NCBI GenBank assembly: GCA_041309305.1
Contig: JBFYZW010000235.1
Location: 1 to 63,792 of the forward strand
Source of the DNA: Deltaproteobacteria bacterium
GTDB taxonomy: Bacteria; Myxococcota; XYA12-FULL-58-9
Direction: 5' to 3'
Length of the DNA stretch: 63,792 nucleotides
The notes beneath the pieces were generated by a model, which was not told where the DNA came from, searched no databases, and worked only from the letters and a program-made list of their open reading frames with translations. This document shows, one piece after another, positions 25,844 through 35,300 of the stretch (its first letter is position 1; every line of letters starts with the position of its first letter). The position numbers were made by a program, and so were the translations under genes.

Positions 25844-27649
25844 ATGCCCGCACCGATCCTCGTCAGCTGTCAGAGCATCACCAAGACCTTCGGTGCGCGG
25901 CCGTTGTTCGAGCGGCTCACCTTCGTTGTGCACGAGGGCGACCACGTGGCCCTCATCGGGCCCAACGGGACCGGCAAGTCGACGTTGATCAAGATCCTCG
26001 CTGGGGTCGAGGAGCCGGACGTGGGCAGTTGCACCCGCCGGCGGAATCTGCGCGTCGGCTACGTGCCGCAACACCCGGCGCTCCCGGGGGAGAAGACGCC
26101 CCGCGAGCTGGTCACCGAGGTGGTCGCTGACGGAGGGGGGCTCACCAGCGAGGAGTGCGAGCACCGGGCGGCTGTGGCGTTGGGCCGAGTAGGCTTCGCC
26201 GCCACTGGCGCCCCGGCTGGGACGCTGTCCGGCGGTTGGCGAACCCGCCTGGCGATCGCCAGCGCCATCGCTCTCGAGCCGGATCTCCTGTTGCTCGACG
26301 AGCCGACCAACCACCTCGATCTCGAATCGCGCCGCTGGCTGGAAGGGTGGCTCAACGCCGGGACCGAGGCCTTCGTCGTCGTCAGCCACGACCGCGTCTT
26401 TCTGCAAAACGTCGGCCAGCGAATGCTCGACCTCGATCCGCAATACGCCGGCGGACTGCTCACCGTCGATGGTGATTACGCCGACCTGTTGGAGGCCAAA
26501 GCCGCATTGCTTGCCGGTCAGGCCAGCCAGGAACAATCGCTGGCCAACCGGGTGCGCCGCGAGATCGAGTGGCTGCGACGGGGCCCGAAGGCCAGGAGCA
26601 GCAAGGCCAAGGCGCGTATCGACGCCGCCCACGATAGCATCGAGGAGCTGGCCGAGAGTCGGGCGCGTCTCGGTGGCGGCGCCATCGGTCTGGCGCTCAA
26701 CGCCACCGAGCGACAGACCAAACGGCTGTGGTGGTGTGGCGGGCTCTGCAAGAGCTTCGCCGGGCGGCCGATCGTCTCCGACCTCGAGCTGCTGCTCACT
26801 CCAGGCCTTCGCCTCGGCGTTGTTGGTGCCAACGGCTCGGGCAAGACGACGCTGCTGAGGCTGATCGTCGGTGAGCTCGCTCCCGAGGCCGGCGAGATCC
26901 GCCGCGCTGACGGCCTGCGGGTGGTCTACTTCGACCAGGATCGGGCCCAGCTCGACCCGACCGTTTCGTTGCGCCAGGCCCTCGCCCCTGATGCCGACGG
27001 CGTCGTCTACCGCGACGCCGCGGTCCACGTCGCCTCCTGGGCGCGGCGCTTCGGGTTCCGCTCCGAACAGCTGGATACACCGGTCGCGCGGCTCTCGGGC
27101 GGGGAACGGGCTCGGGTCGTTCTGGCCCGGTTGATGCTGCAGCCCGCTGATCTGTTCGTCCTCGACGAGCCGACCAACGACCTGGACATCCCGACCCTCG
27201 AGGTCCTCGAGGAGGCGCTGCTCGAGTTTCCGGGGGCGCTGGTTCTGGTCACGCACGACCGGCACCTGCTCGGTCGGATCTCGACGACTCTCCTGGCGCT
27301 GGACGGCAAAGGCGGGCTGCAGCGTTTCGCCGACTATGGCCAATGGGAGGAGGCTACTGCCGAGGTGGCGCCGGTCAGGCGCGACAAACCACGCGCCGCG
27401 GTCCCGGCGCCCGCGCTGCCGCGGGTCAAGCGTTTGACCTATCTCGAGCAGCGCGAGTGGGAGGGCATGGAGGCGGAGGTTCTGGCCGCCGAGGCTCGCC
27501 TGACGGCCGCGCAGGCGGCCGCCGAAGATCCCGCGATTGCCACCGACGCGGCGGCGCTCGAGGTCCGCCTGGTGGCGCTGTCCGCGGCACGGCTCGCCGT
27601 CGACCGCCTCTACGAGCGTTGGGCGGAGCTGGAGAGCAAACGGCAGTAG
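25844..27649 (+). CDS. ABC-F family ATPase (Uup-like, two ABC domains plus C-terminal coiled coil)
   Basis: 601 aa from the ATG at 25844. Walker A motifs GPNGTGKST and GANGSGKTT; signature motifs LSGGWRTR and LSGGERAR. There are no TM domains. The C-terminal helical tail is YLEQREWEGMEAEVLAAEARL. Confidence 0.9.
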   Translation: MPAPILVSCQSITKTFGARPLFERLTFVVHEGDHVALIGPNGTGKSTLIKILAGVEEPDVGSCTRRRNLRVGYVPQHPALPGEKTPRELVTEVVADGGGLTSEECEHRAAVALGRVGFAATGAPAGTLSGGWRTRLAIASAIALEPDLLLLDEPTNHLDLESRRWLEGWLNAGTEAFVVVSHDRVFLQNVGQRMLDLDPQYAGGLLTVDGDYADLLEAKAALLAGQASQEQSLANRVRREIEWLRRGPKARSSKAKARIDAAHDSIEELAESRARLGGGAIGLALNATERQTKRLWWCGGLCKSFAGRPIVSDLELLLTPGLRLGVVGANGSGKTTLLRLIVGELAPEAGEIRRADGLRVVYFDQDRAQLDPTVSLRQALAPDADGVVYRDAAVHVASWARRFGFRSEQLDTPVARLSGGERARVVLARLMLQPADLFVLDEPTNDLDIPTLEVLEEALLEFPGALVLVTHDRHLLGRISTTLLALDGKGGLQRFADYGQWEEATAEVAPVRRDKPRAAVPAPALPRVKRLTYLEQREWEGMEAEVLAAEARLTAAQAAAEDPAIATDAAALEVRLVALSAARLAVDRLYERWAELESKRQ

Positions 27650-27672
27650 GCGCACACGCGCTCACTTGCGCT

Positions 27673-27720
27673 ACTGGAGACATCATAGAGGGGTGCCGGT
27701 CAGCGAGAAGATCCTGACAG
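27673..27720 (+). repeat. 48-nt repeat at the 5' boundary of the IS110-type fragment
   Basis: Same sequence as 17149..17196, lying 67 nt upstream of the transposase-fragment ATG. Confidence 0.8.
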
Positions 27721-27786
27721 CCCGGCTCTCGGACAGAGGAGAGTGGTGCCCTGCCTTCGTGGTCGATCCCGTCAAGGAGGGCACCG

Positions 27787-27951
27787 ATGGAGCGCTCGAT
27801 CGGGATCGATGCAGACAAGGAAAGCTGCACGATGGCGGTCGTGGGGCCGACGTACCGCGCTGCCGTCGTGGCAGTAGGTCAGCCCTCGGGCTTCCCCTTC
27901 CCTCCGGTTCGTCCTACCATCTGCCGACACCCAGGTTGGGAGGGACCATGA
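27787..27951 (+). mobile_element. IS110-family transposase N-terminal fragment (54-codon ORF; only about the first 20 codons are family-like)
   Basis: MERSIGIDADKESCTMAVVG matches the IS110 N-terminal xIGIDVSKxxxxVAV signature. A strong SD (AAGGAGG, 6-nt spacer) is present. The frame then decays and stops, overlapping the next gene's start. Confidence 0.5.
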
Positions 27952-28592
27952 GATTCTTCGCTGTCGGCTTCGCCTCGCTCTTCGTGGGCTGCGCAACTGC
28001 TCAGAGCGACGTCACCTTTGCGAAGGGTCCGGAAGGCGCCACGCCCGCCGCGGGCGAGCTCTGCTCGGGAGCTCCCGTGCAGCACCCGAAACCGGATTGG
28101 GTCGGGAAGCTCGGTGGCGGGGCGCGGACGTATTACACCGAAGGGCGCGTCGTCTTTGGAGTCGCAGCAGTCAGTGGACTCGACAATTGTGCCCTTGCCG
28201 TGACCATGAGTGAGCAACGGGCGCGGGGCGAGCTCGCCCGAGCGAGTGACATCATCTCCAATCGTGTCATCGGTCGCTACTGGGAGGACACGGAGCGATT
28301 CGGAGCGTTGCAGGAAGAGACCTCACTCGGTTGTCTCATCAAGGGCAGCTCCGAGTTGATGAGCCGGGATGCAAAGGTCGTCGACCGATGGCAGGATCTC
28401 GAGAGCGGCACGCGATACGCGTTGGTCTCCGTCGACCTGGACACCTATCTGCAGGGCATTCGAGATGTAGCCAACTTTGCCGAGCCGTACCGCTCGTGTT
28501 TCGACACCGCCTTTCATCGGGAGCACCTGGTACCGGCGCTGACCGCCGGGATCGACGCAGCGATTGCTGAGTCCGCAGCAGAGCCAAACTGA
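27948..28592 (+). CDS. LPP20-like lipoprotein (paralog of 14702..15232)
   Basis: 214 aa. Lipobox LFVGC. VVFGVAAVSGLDNCALAVTMSEQRARGELARASDIISNRVIGRYWEDTE and YALVSVDLDTYL align by eye with the other lipoprotein. GGGAGGG lies upstream. Confidence 0.65.
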   Translation: MRFFAVGFASLFVGCATAQSDVTFAKGPEGATPAAGELCSGAPVQHPKPDWVGKLGGGARTYYTEGRVVFGVAAVSGLDNCALAVTMSEQRARGELARASDIISNRVIGRYWEDTERFGALQEETSLGCLIKGSSELMSRDAKVVDRWQDLESGTRYALVSVDLDTYLQGIRDVANFAEPYRSCFDTAFHREHLVPALTAGIDAAIAESAAEPN

Positions 28593-28647
28593 CGACACCG
28601 TGATCTCTGGACGGCAATTTGGAAATGCAAGGAGACCACTGGCGAGC

Positions 28648-28905
28648 ATGGTGCCCGCCATCATGGCCTCTCTGCACGGGCCAATGGCCGCCTCGTTGCT
28701 GGCTGGACCTGTCATGACAGGAGTAGGTGGTGTCTTGCTCGCTACGGGAGTGGCGCTGTTGGCCACCACGCGGAGTGGCAAAGATGACGCTGACGGGGGC
28801 GCCCGCGTGATGTCGCACGTGTATGGAGGTCTGTTGGCGGGCGGCATTGGATTCGGAGTGGCCTCGGTTGGCGCTGCCATTTGGAGCACGCAATGCTTCG
28901 ACTGA
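28648..28905 (+). CDS. Small membrane protein (two predicted TM helices, Gly-rich)
   Basis: 85 aa from the internal ATG: MVPAIMASLHGPMAASLLAGPVMTGVGGVLLATGVALLATT...GGLLAGGIGFGVASVGAAIW. Confidence 0.45.
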   Translation: MVPAIMASLHGPMAASLLAGPVMTGVGGVLLATGVALLATTRSGKDDADGGARVMSHVYGGLLAGGIGFGVASVGAAIWSTQCFD

Positions 28906-28971
28906 TCGGGCCGCCTGTTGCGGACCGGAGTCGATTCGCCATCGGTCGCGCAGTCCCCCGTCGGGGTGGGC

Positions 28972-29189
28972 TCAATTGCCGTTGCCGTTGAGCGAAACCG
29001 AGGCCGAATGATTGGAGCCGGCGAAGGTCAGGCCGGCGAAGCTCTGTCCGTCCGGTGAGAATCCGTGGTTCGGCCAGAGCAGCCGGTGTTGCAACCGGGG
29101 TTGCCAGTCGCGCGTTGATGGTCGTCGCGCTGGAGGGGGCAAGCGATGAGCGGGGAGGTCGGGCGGGATTCGTCATCGGGGGAGGGGGG
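28972..29189 (+). repeat. R1 repeat, copy C (3' extremity truncated)
   Basis: It aligns with copy B. The minus-strand tail ends at TGA (28972-28974). It lacks the final tttgtgccgctcatgcac. Confidence 0.85.
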
Positions 29190-29370
29190 AGCGCACCGCG
29201 TCGCGGCCGGCGTAGACCGCGCGCCCGCGATCGACGAGCACCAGCGGCTCGGCGGCGTGGACGGTCGGCGGCTGGTGGCGGGCGGCGAGGGAGAGGCGTT
29301 TGGCTGCGCCGTGGCCGAGACCGGGGACCACGACCATCAGGCCGGCGGTGACAACGAGGCAGAGCCGCAT
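29173..29370 (-). CDS. Small putative secreted protein (65 aa) ending at the conserved TGA inside R1 copy C
   Basis: MRLCLVVTAGLMVVVPGLGHGAAKR... is signal-peptide-like. G/C bias at third positions is very strong. The ORF ends ...RSPLPR*. The SD is weak. Confidence 0.35.
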   Translation of the reverse strand: MRLCLVVTAGLMVVVPGLGHGAAKRLSLAARHQPPTVHAAEPLVLVDRGRAVYAGRDAVRSPLPR

Positions 29371-29471
29371 GGTCCGCCAGGGTAGCGCAGCTCGCCCCGC
29401 GGTATGTCCGTTCTCATCGATCGTCTTCGATCCACGGGCCACGGGGAGCGCCAATGGCATGGGAGGCGCAG

Positions 29472-31610
29472 ATGACCGCTCGCTGGCTCGTCCTCATCTC
29501 ACTCGCGGGTTGTGCCCACGCGCCGGCGGCAGGTCCGCCGATCCTGCCGCTGCGCACCTTGCACTTGTACGAGACCGGGGTCGGCTACTTCGAGCGCCAC
29601 GGCCCGGTGGCGGGGGGCGAGACCACGCTGCCGGTGCCGGCCGGGCACCTCGACGACGCGCTGAAGACCCTGGTGGTCATCGACCGCCAGGGGGGCGTCA
29701 CGGTCAACGGCTTCGAGTTTGCGGCGAGCCTCTCCAACGGGCTGGCCCGGGCGCTGGCCGGGTTGCCCACCGGCGAGGAGCCGGTCACCCACCTCGAGTT
29801 GCTCGCCGGCCTGGTCGGCGCCGACCTGAGCGTTGTCACGCACCGCGAGAGCGTGCGCGGCCGGCTGATCGCCGTGCAGCCCGGTCGTCATACCGCGCGC
29901 GAGTGCGATCCGGAGAACGAAGACTGTACCGGGTCCGCTCCCGACTCGCCGACGGCGGTCGCCGAGGCGCAGCTGCTCCTGCTCGGTGACGACGGGACGA
30001 TCCGCACCCTGCCCCTTGCTGAGCTCGACAGCGTTCGGCCGCTCGATCCGACGCTGGTCAATCGCCTCGCCGCCGCGCTCGACGTCCTCTCGCCGCGCGA
30101 TGCGCAGACCCAGCGAGCGGTGCGTCTGCTCGCATCGCACCGCGGCGAGGTGACGCTGGGCTACATCGCCGAGACACCGGTGTGGCGGACCACCTACCGC
30201 CTGGTCGCCGAGCGGGCGCAGCCGCGCGGCGAGCTGCAGTCGTGGGCGCTGTTGCACAACGACACCGACGAGGACTGGCGGGCGGTGCAGGTGCGGCTGG
30301 TCAACGGCCAGCCCGACTCCTTCCTCTTTCCGCTCGCTGCGCCGCGCTACGCTCGCCGGCCGCTGGTGACGCCGGAGGTGGCGTTGTCCACCGTGCCGCA
30401 GCTGATCGACACCACGGCCGATCAGTTCTGGGGCGACCTCGACGAGGACGGCGGACTGATCGGCAGCGCCAGCGGCTCGAGCTACGGGATCGGCGGCCTG
30501 GGATTGCGCGGCTCCGGCGCCGGGGGCGCGGGCTACGGCTCGTTCACCAGCAGCGGTGGGGCCAGCGGCGGCGACGCCGCCAGCGGGTTGCTCCGCGTCG
30601 GCGATCTCGCTGCGGTCAACGAGGCGCGCGGTGAAGAGCAGGGCGTGCTGTTCAGCTTCACCCTGGCCGAGCCGGTCGACCTGCGCGCCCACGGCTCGGC
30701 CCTGGTTCCCTTCGTGCATCAGTCGATCGACGCCGAGTTGGTTACCCTGATGAGCGCCGACCAGAGCGAGGCCCGCTCGGCGGCGTTGTTCACCAACACC
30801 TCGGCCTACACGTTGCCCGCCGGGCCGATCGCCTGTTTCGCCGAGGGCGTCTTCGCCGGTGAGTCGACGCTCGAGCGCATGAAGCCGGGCGAGCGGGCCT
30901 TGATCACCTTCGGCGCCGATCTCGACGTGGCGGTGACGCTGACGACCCAGAGCGATCGCCGCGAGGTCAAACGCCTGACCCTGGGTCCGACCGGTATCGA
31001 GGAGCACGCCCTGCGTCACCGCGAGTTGGTGGTCGAGGTCAGCAATCGCAGCGCCCAACCTCGGCGGGTGTATCTGCCCCTGCCGGTGATCACCAACGCA
31101 CAGGTGGAGGGCGCCGACCGGCTCGACTATCACCCGAGCGAGGCCACGCCGTTCGCGGTGATCGCCGTCGGGCCGGCGACCACCGCTCGCCGGTCCTTGA
31201 TCGTGCGCGAGGGGCTGTCGCGCGCGATCTCGCTCACCCGGGTCACGGGCGCGGCGTTCGAGGCCTGGCTCGCCGAGGCGACGCTGCCGGAGAGCGACCG
31301 CCAGGTGCTGCGCGCGGCCTTACCGGCTCAGGCCCGCTGCGACGGCCTCACGAGCAAGGAGCGAGAGCGGCAGCACAAGGCCGCCGGGCTCGAGCAACAG
31401 CTGGAGCGCCTGCAGCGCTATCTGGAGAAGGCCGGCGGCGGTGAGGAGCCGGTGGCCGGCGCCGGCGAGCTGGTCAATCGCATCCTCGCGCTCGAGACGC
31501 AGCTCGCCGCCTCCGCCGAGGCGCAGACCGCCCTCGCCGAGCAGCAGGCGGCCTGCGTCGAGGCGGTGGCCGAGAAGCTGGCGCCGTTGAAGCCGGCCAG
31601 GCAGCCCTAA
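29472..31610 (+). CDS. DUF4140/DUF4139-like lipoprotein (TIGR02231-like) with a C-terminal coiled coil
   Basis: 712 aa from MTARWLVLISLAGC (lipobox). The N-terminal LHLYETGVGYFERHG...TLPVPAGHLDDALKTL resembles DUF4140. The C-terminus is helical (QQLERLQRYLEKAGG). Confidence 0.6.
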   Translation: MTARWLVLISLAGCAHAPAAGPPILPLRTLHLYETGVGYFERHGPVAGGETTLPVPAGHLDDALKTLVVIDRQGGVTVNGFEFAASLSNGLARALAGLPTGEEPVTHLELLAGLVGADLSVVTHRESVRGRLIAVQPGRHTARECDPENEDCTGSAPDSPTAVAEAQLLLLGDDGTIRTLPLAELDSVRPLDPTLVNRLAAALDVLSPRDAQTQRAVRLLASHRGEVTLGYIAETPVWRTTYRLVAERAQPRGELQSWALLHNDTDEDWRAVQVRLVNGQPDSFLFPLAAPRYARRPLVTPEVALSTVPQLIDTTADQFWGDLDEDGGLIGSASGSSYGIGGLGLRGSGAGGAGYGSFTSSGGASGGDAASGLLRVGDLAAVNEARGEEQGVLFSFTLAEPVDLRAHGSALVPFVHQSIDAELVTLMSADQSEARSAALFTNTSAYTLPAGPIACFAEGVFAGESTLERMKPGERALITFGADLDVAVTLTTQSDRREVKRLTLGPTGIEEHALRHRELVVEVSNRSAQPRRVYLPLPVITNAQVEGADRLDYHPSEATPFAVIAVGPATTARRSLIVREGLSRAISLTRVTGAAFEAWLAEATLPESDRQVLRAALPAQARCDGLTSKERERQHKAAGLEQQLERLQRYLEKAGGGEEPVAGAGELVNRILALETQLAASAEAQTALAEQQAACVEAVAEKLAPLKPARQP

Positions 31611-31702
31611 ACGGACGGTCACGATTCCCGATCACCAAAGAGCGGCCTCGCCCGAGGAAGAACCGCAAACGGGGCGTGGGCGAATCGCGCACCCCCGTTC
31701 AG
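31605..31702 (+). repeat. REP-like intergenic element, copy 2 (extended form)
   Basis: It begins at the last codons of the upstream gene (ccc taa) and ends in AAACGGGGcgtgGGCGaatCGCGCaCCCCCGTTc. Confidence 0.8.
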
Positions 31703-32370
31703 GTTGAGCGTGCGCGGGGTTGGCCTACCTCAAGAACAAGGAGTGCTACGAGCGCGACGCGCGCGATCCGGCGCGGCGGTTCTCCGTACGACGGCGCAGT
31801 CGCTCGCCGAGGTGTTCGTCGATCCCGACGGCACCGACGACGATTCGACGACGGTCGCGGATGACGATTCGACCACGACCGGCGATAACGACGTGCGGCT
31901 CCTCCTCGCAGCTCTTCCGGGTCGCCCATGTCTACGGTCCAGTCCTGGTACGCCGCGGGCTCGCTCGCGCGCTGGACGCGCAGGGGTTTACGGCGCTCCT
32001 CTGGCTCGAACCCGCGTACTACCGTGGCTGATGCCTGCACGGTACGAGCTCGCGTCGAGGGATGCGGGTGTCGATTCTCAGGTCGTCGACAGCCTCGACC
32101 CTGCGTTGGGGAGGGCCGTGCACCGATCTCTGGGCGGGCGAGGGTCTGCCGAACGACGACTCCCGCGGCGACATGACCTCGCCATCGATGAAGATCGGGT
32201 TGCTCATCGCGAACGGCCGTAGGTCGCGCGGCCGCCCAGGGCCGGCAGCCGATCGCCGAGCCGCGCGAGCCGGCCGGCCTCGTTCTCGCGGGTGACGCGC
32301 AGCATCCGGCGAGAGCCCGGGTGAAAACCCGGCACAAGTGCGCTATTCTGGTTCTTTGCCAGGAGCAACC

Positions 32371-35300
32371 ATGGTGCGACGCAATTGGCTGTGGGGGGCG
32401 GTCTCCGTCGCGGGGCTCGCTGTGGGGTGCGCTCCGCCCGCGGTGGTCGGTGTCGACCTGCCGGCCGGCAATACCTTGCTCGGCAGCGGCTCGGCGACCT
32501 TCGACGCGACGACCGGCACGGTGACCTGGACCGCGTTTGACCGCGCCGGGGAGTTGCTCGACAGCTCTGACGTCCTGCCCAGCGCGACGGCGCACAACTG
32601 CGAGGCGGCCGGTTGGAACCCCAGCTCGCGGGTGCTGTCGGTCAACGCCTTCATCGCCAACCAATCGGCGGCGGCGGTCTACCTGGCGCCGGTCGAGTTG
32701 CGTATCACCGGCATCGCGCAGGCGAACATCGTCGCCAGCGTCAACACCGACCTGGTCAACGCCGGCTGCGGCGCCCACGGCTTGACGCTGGCCAGTGCGG
32801 ACCTGGATCACAACGGCACCTTCGACTGCATCTGGCCCGACGACGCCAGCAACACGGCCGATGATCCGGGTTGGGATTTCAGTCAAACGTTGGGGAGCGA
32901 CAACGCGCTGGCGCCGGGGGAGTGGTCGGCCTGCCGGTTCGTGCACTTCAACCTGCTGGTCGAGGCCAACTTCACCTTCTATTGGCAGATCCTCGGCGTG
33001 GTCGACGACGGTTGGCCGCCGCCGCCGGCGATCGACGCTGTGGCCAGCCCCACGCAGAACAGCGCGCCGACGATCAGTGGTGCCTGCGTGACCACTCTGA
33101 CCGCGCCCGATCAGCTCAGCCCACCGCCAGCGCAGATCCCGACCACCAACGAGATCACCTTCCTCGGCGGCGCCGCGCCGGTGACGACGATCTGCGACGA
33201 CACGGTCTTCCCCTGCCAGACCGTGGGCGGGGTCACCTACTGCGGGCGGTTCAGCGCCAGTGTCCCGCTGGTTGCCAACACGCCCAATCGGCTCGAGGTC
33301 TTCCAGACCCTCGACGGCGCCGATCGCAGCAACTCGAGCTACGTCACCGTCGTGCACGACTCGCTGCCGCCACAGGTGGTGAGCACCAACCCGCCCGACG
33401 CGGCGGTCGGCATCTCCCCGGCCGCCAATCTCGTGGTGACCTTCTCTGAGGCGATGGACGGTGCGACCATCAACTCCGTCGACGCCGCCAGCGCGAATAT
33501 CTATGTCCGCCGGCAAGGTCAGACCGCGCGGTTGCCGGCGACGGTCACCCTCGCCTCGGCCGCCGAGGCGGTGATCGATCCGGCGGCCGAGTTGCCCAAC
33601 AGTAGGACCTACGAGTTGGTCATCACCACCGGCGTCCGCGACCTGGTGGGCCTGGCCCTCCCGGCGCAGGTGGTGGTGACGTTTGCGACCGCCAAGCGGG
33701 ACGACACCGTGGCGCCGGTGGTGCTCGGGGTGCAACCGCCCAGTGGCGCGGTGAACGTCGACCGGCGATCCACCGTGGCCATCACGTTCTCGGAGGCGAT
33801 GTTGGCCAGCGGTACCACCAACCCGGCGTCACCCACCTGTGTCGATTCCGGCACCGTGACCTGTACGGCGATCCGCGTCCTGGCTTTGTCGACCGGGCTG
33901 CGCGTGCCCGGAACCCGGATGATGTCGCCCGATGGAGCCACGGTGACTTTCCAGGTCAACGACGCGGCCTACGACTCGACCGGTCCTGACCTGTCGGGGG
34001 CGGGGTGCTTCGGCGGTCAACCGCCGACCGCCGCCCTCGACTTCGACTGCAACCGCAGCTATCGACTCGAGATCGCCACGACCTTGACGGACCTCGCCGG
34101 CAACCGTTTGGAGGCGGCTCACGTCAGCACCTTTGCGACCGGCATCGAGCCCGACCTGGTGCCGCCCTACGTCGTCGCCATCGCGCCGCCCCCCGGAGCC
34201 GCCGGTGTCGCGGTCGGCATCCAACCGGAGGTCCTGTTCAGCGAACCGGTCCAGGCGGGCACGGTCAACGGCACCTCGATCACGCTCAAGCAGGACGGTG
34301 TGATGTTGGTCGCCGCGTCGGTGTCGCTCTCCGCCGACGGCCTGTTGGCGCGGTTGACTCCGACGGCGTTGTTGGCGCTCGACACGCGGTATGTCCTCTT
34401 CGTCAACAACACGATTAGCGACGTCGCCGGCAATCCGCTGGCGGCGCCACAGAATGCCAGCTTCACCACCGTCGCGGTGCCGGATACGACGCCGCCGGTC
34501 GTCCTCTCGGTCAGCCCCGCCAACGAGGCGGGCAACGTCTCAGTCGCCACCAATGTGCAGGCCACCTTCTCCGAGGCGCTGGCGCCCGCCACGGTCAATA
34601 CGGCGACCTTTGTGCTCGAGCGCTACAAGAACAACGGCACGACGATCGAGTCGGCGGTGGTTGGCGTGGTCAGCCTCTCCGGCGATCGCATGGTCGCCAC
34701 CTTTGCGCCCGAGCAGGTCCTGGCCAAGGACCGGCGGCACCGGGTGACCGTGACCACCGGGGTCACCGACGCGGCGGGAAACCCGATGGCGGCGACCTTC
34801 GTCTCCACCTTCACCACCGTCAAGGACGACGCCATCCCGCCCTGCGTCACCGCGGTCGGGCCGGCGCCGGGCAGCACCACCGTGGCGCGTAACTCCCACT
34901 TCGCGGTCACCTTCAGCGAGCCGATGTCGCCGCCATCCGTCGTGCCGAGCTCGTTCGCGTTGCGCAACGCGGGGGGCACCTTGCTGACCACCATCGTCTC
35001 GCTCTCGGCCGATGGGATGCAGGCGAGCCTCGTTCCGGTGGCGCCGCTGCCGCTCGGGAGCGTGACCCTGCAGCCGCGCACCGCTTTGACCGACGCCAGC
35101 GCGCAACAAAACGCCCTCGATCAGCGCTCGCCGGTGGCCGGCTGCCTCGAGCCGAGCGGCCCCGCGTCGCCGACGTTTGGTTTCACCGTCGTCGACACGC
35201 TCGATACGACGCCCCCGACCGTGCTCTCGCTCACGCCGCTCAACGGCAGCACCAACGTGCCGGTGGACACCACCATCGTGGTGACCTTCTCCGAGTCGAT

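Noticed and set aside
27673-29189. The idea that the 48-mer and R1 are the left and right ends of one IS110-type element.
   Set aside because: The order is reversed in the other island (R1 at 16339-16592 precedes the 48-mer at 17149). No R1 frame resembles an IS110 C-terminus. The IS110 C-terminal remnant at 46451 is not followed by R1.
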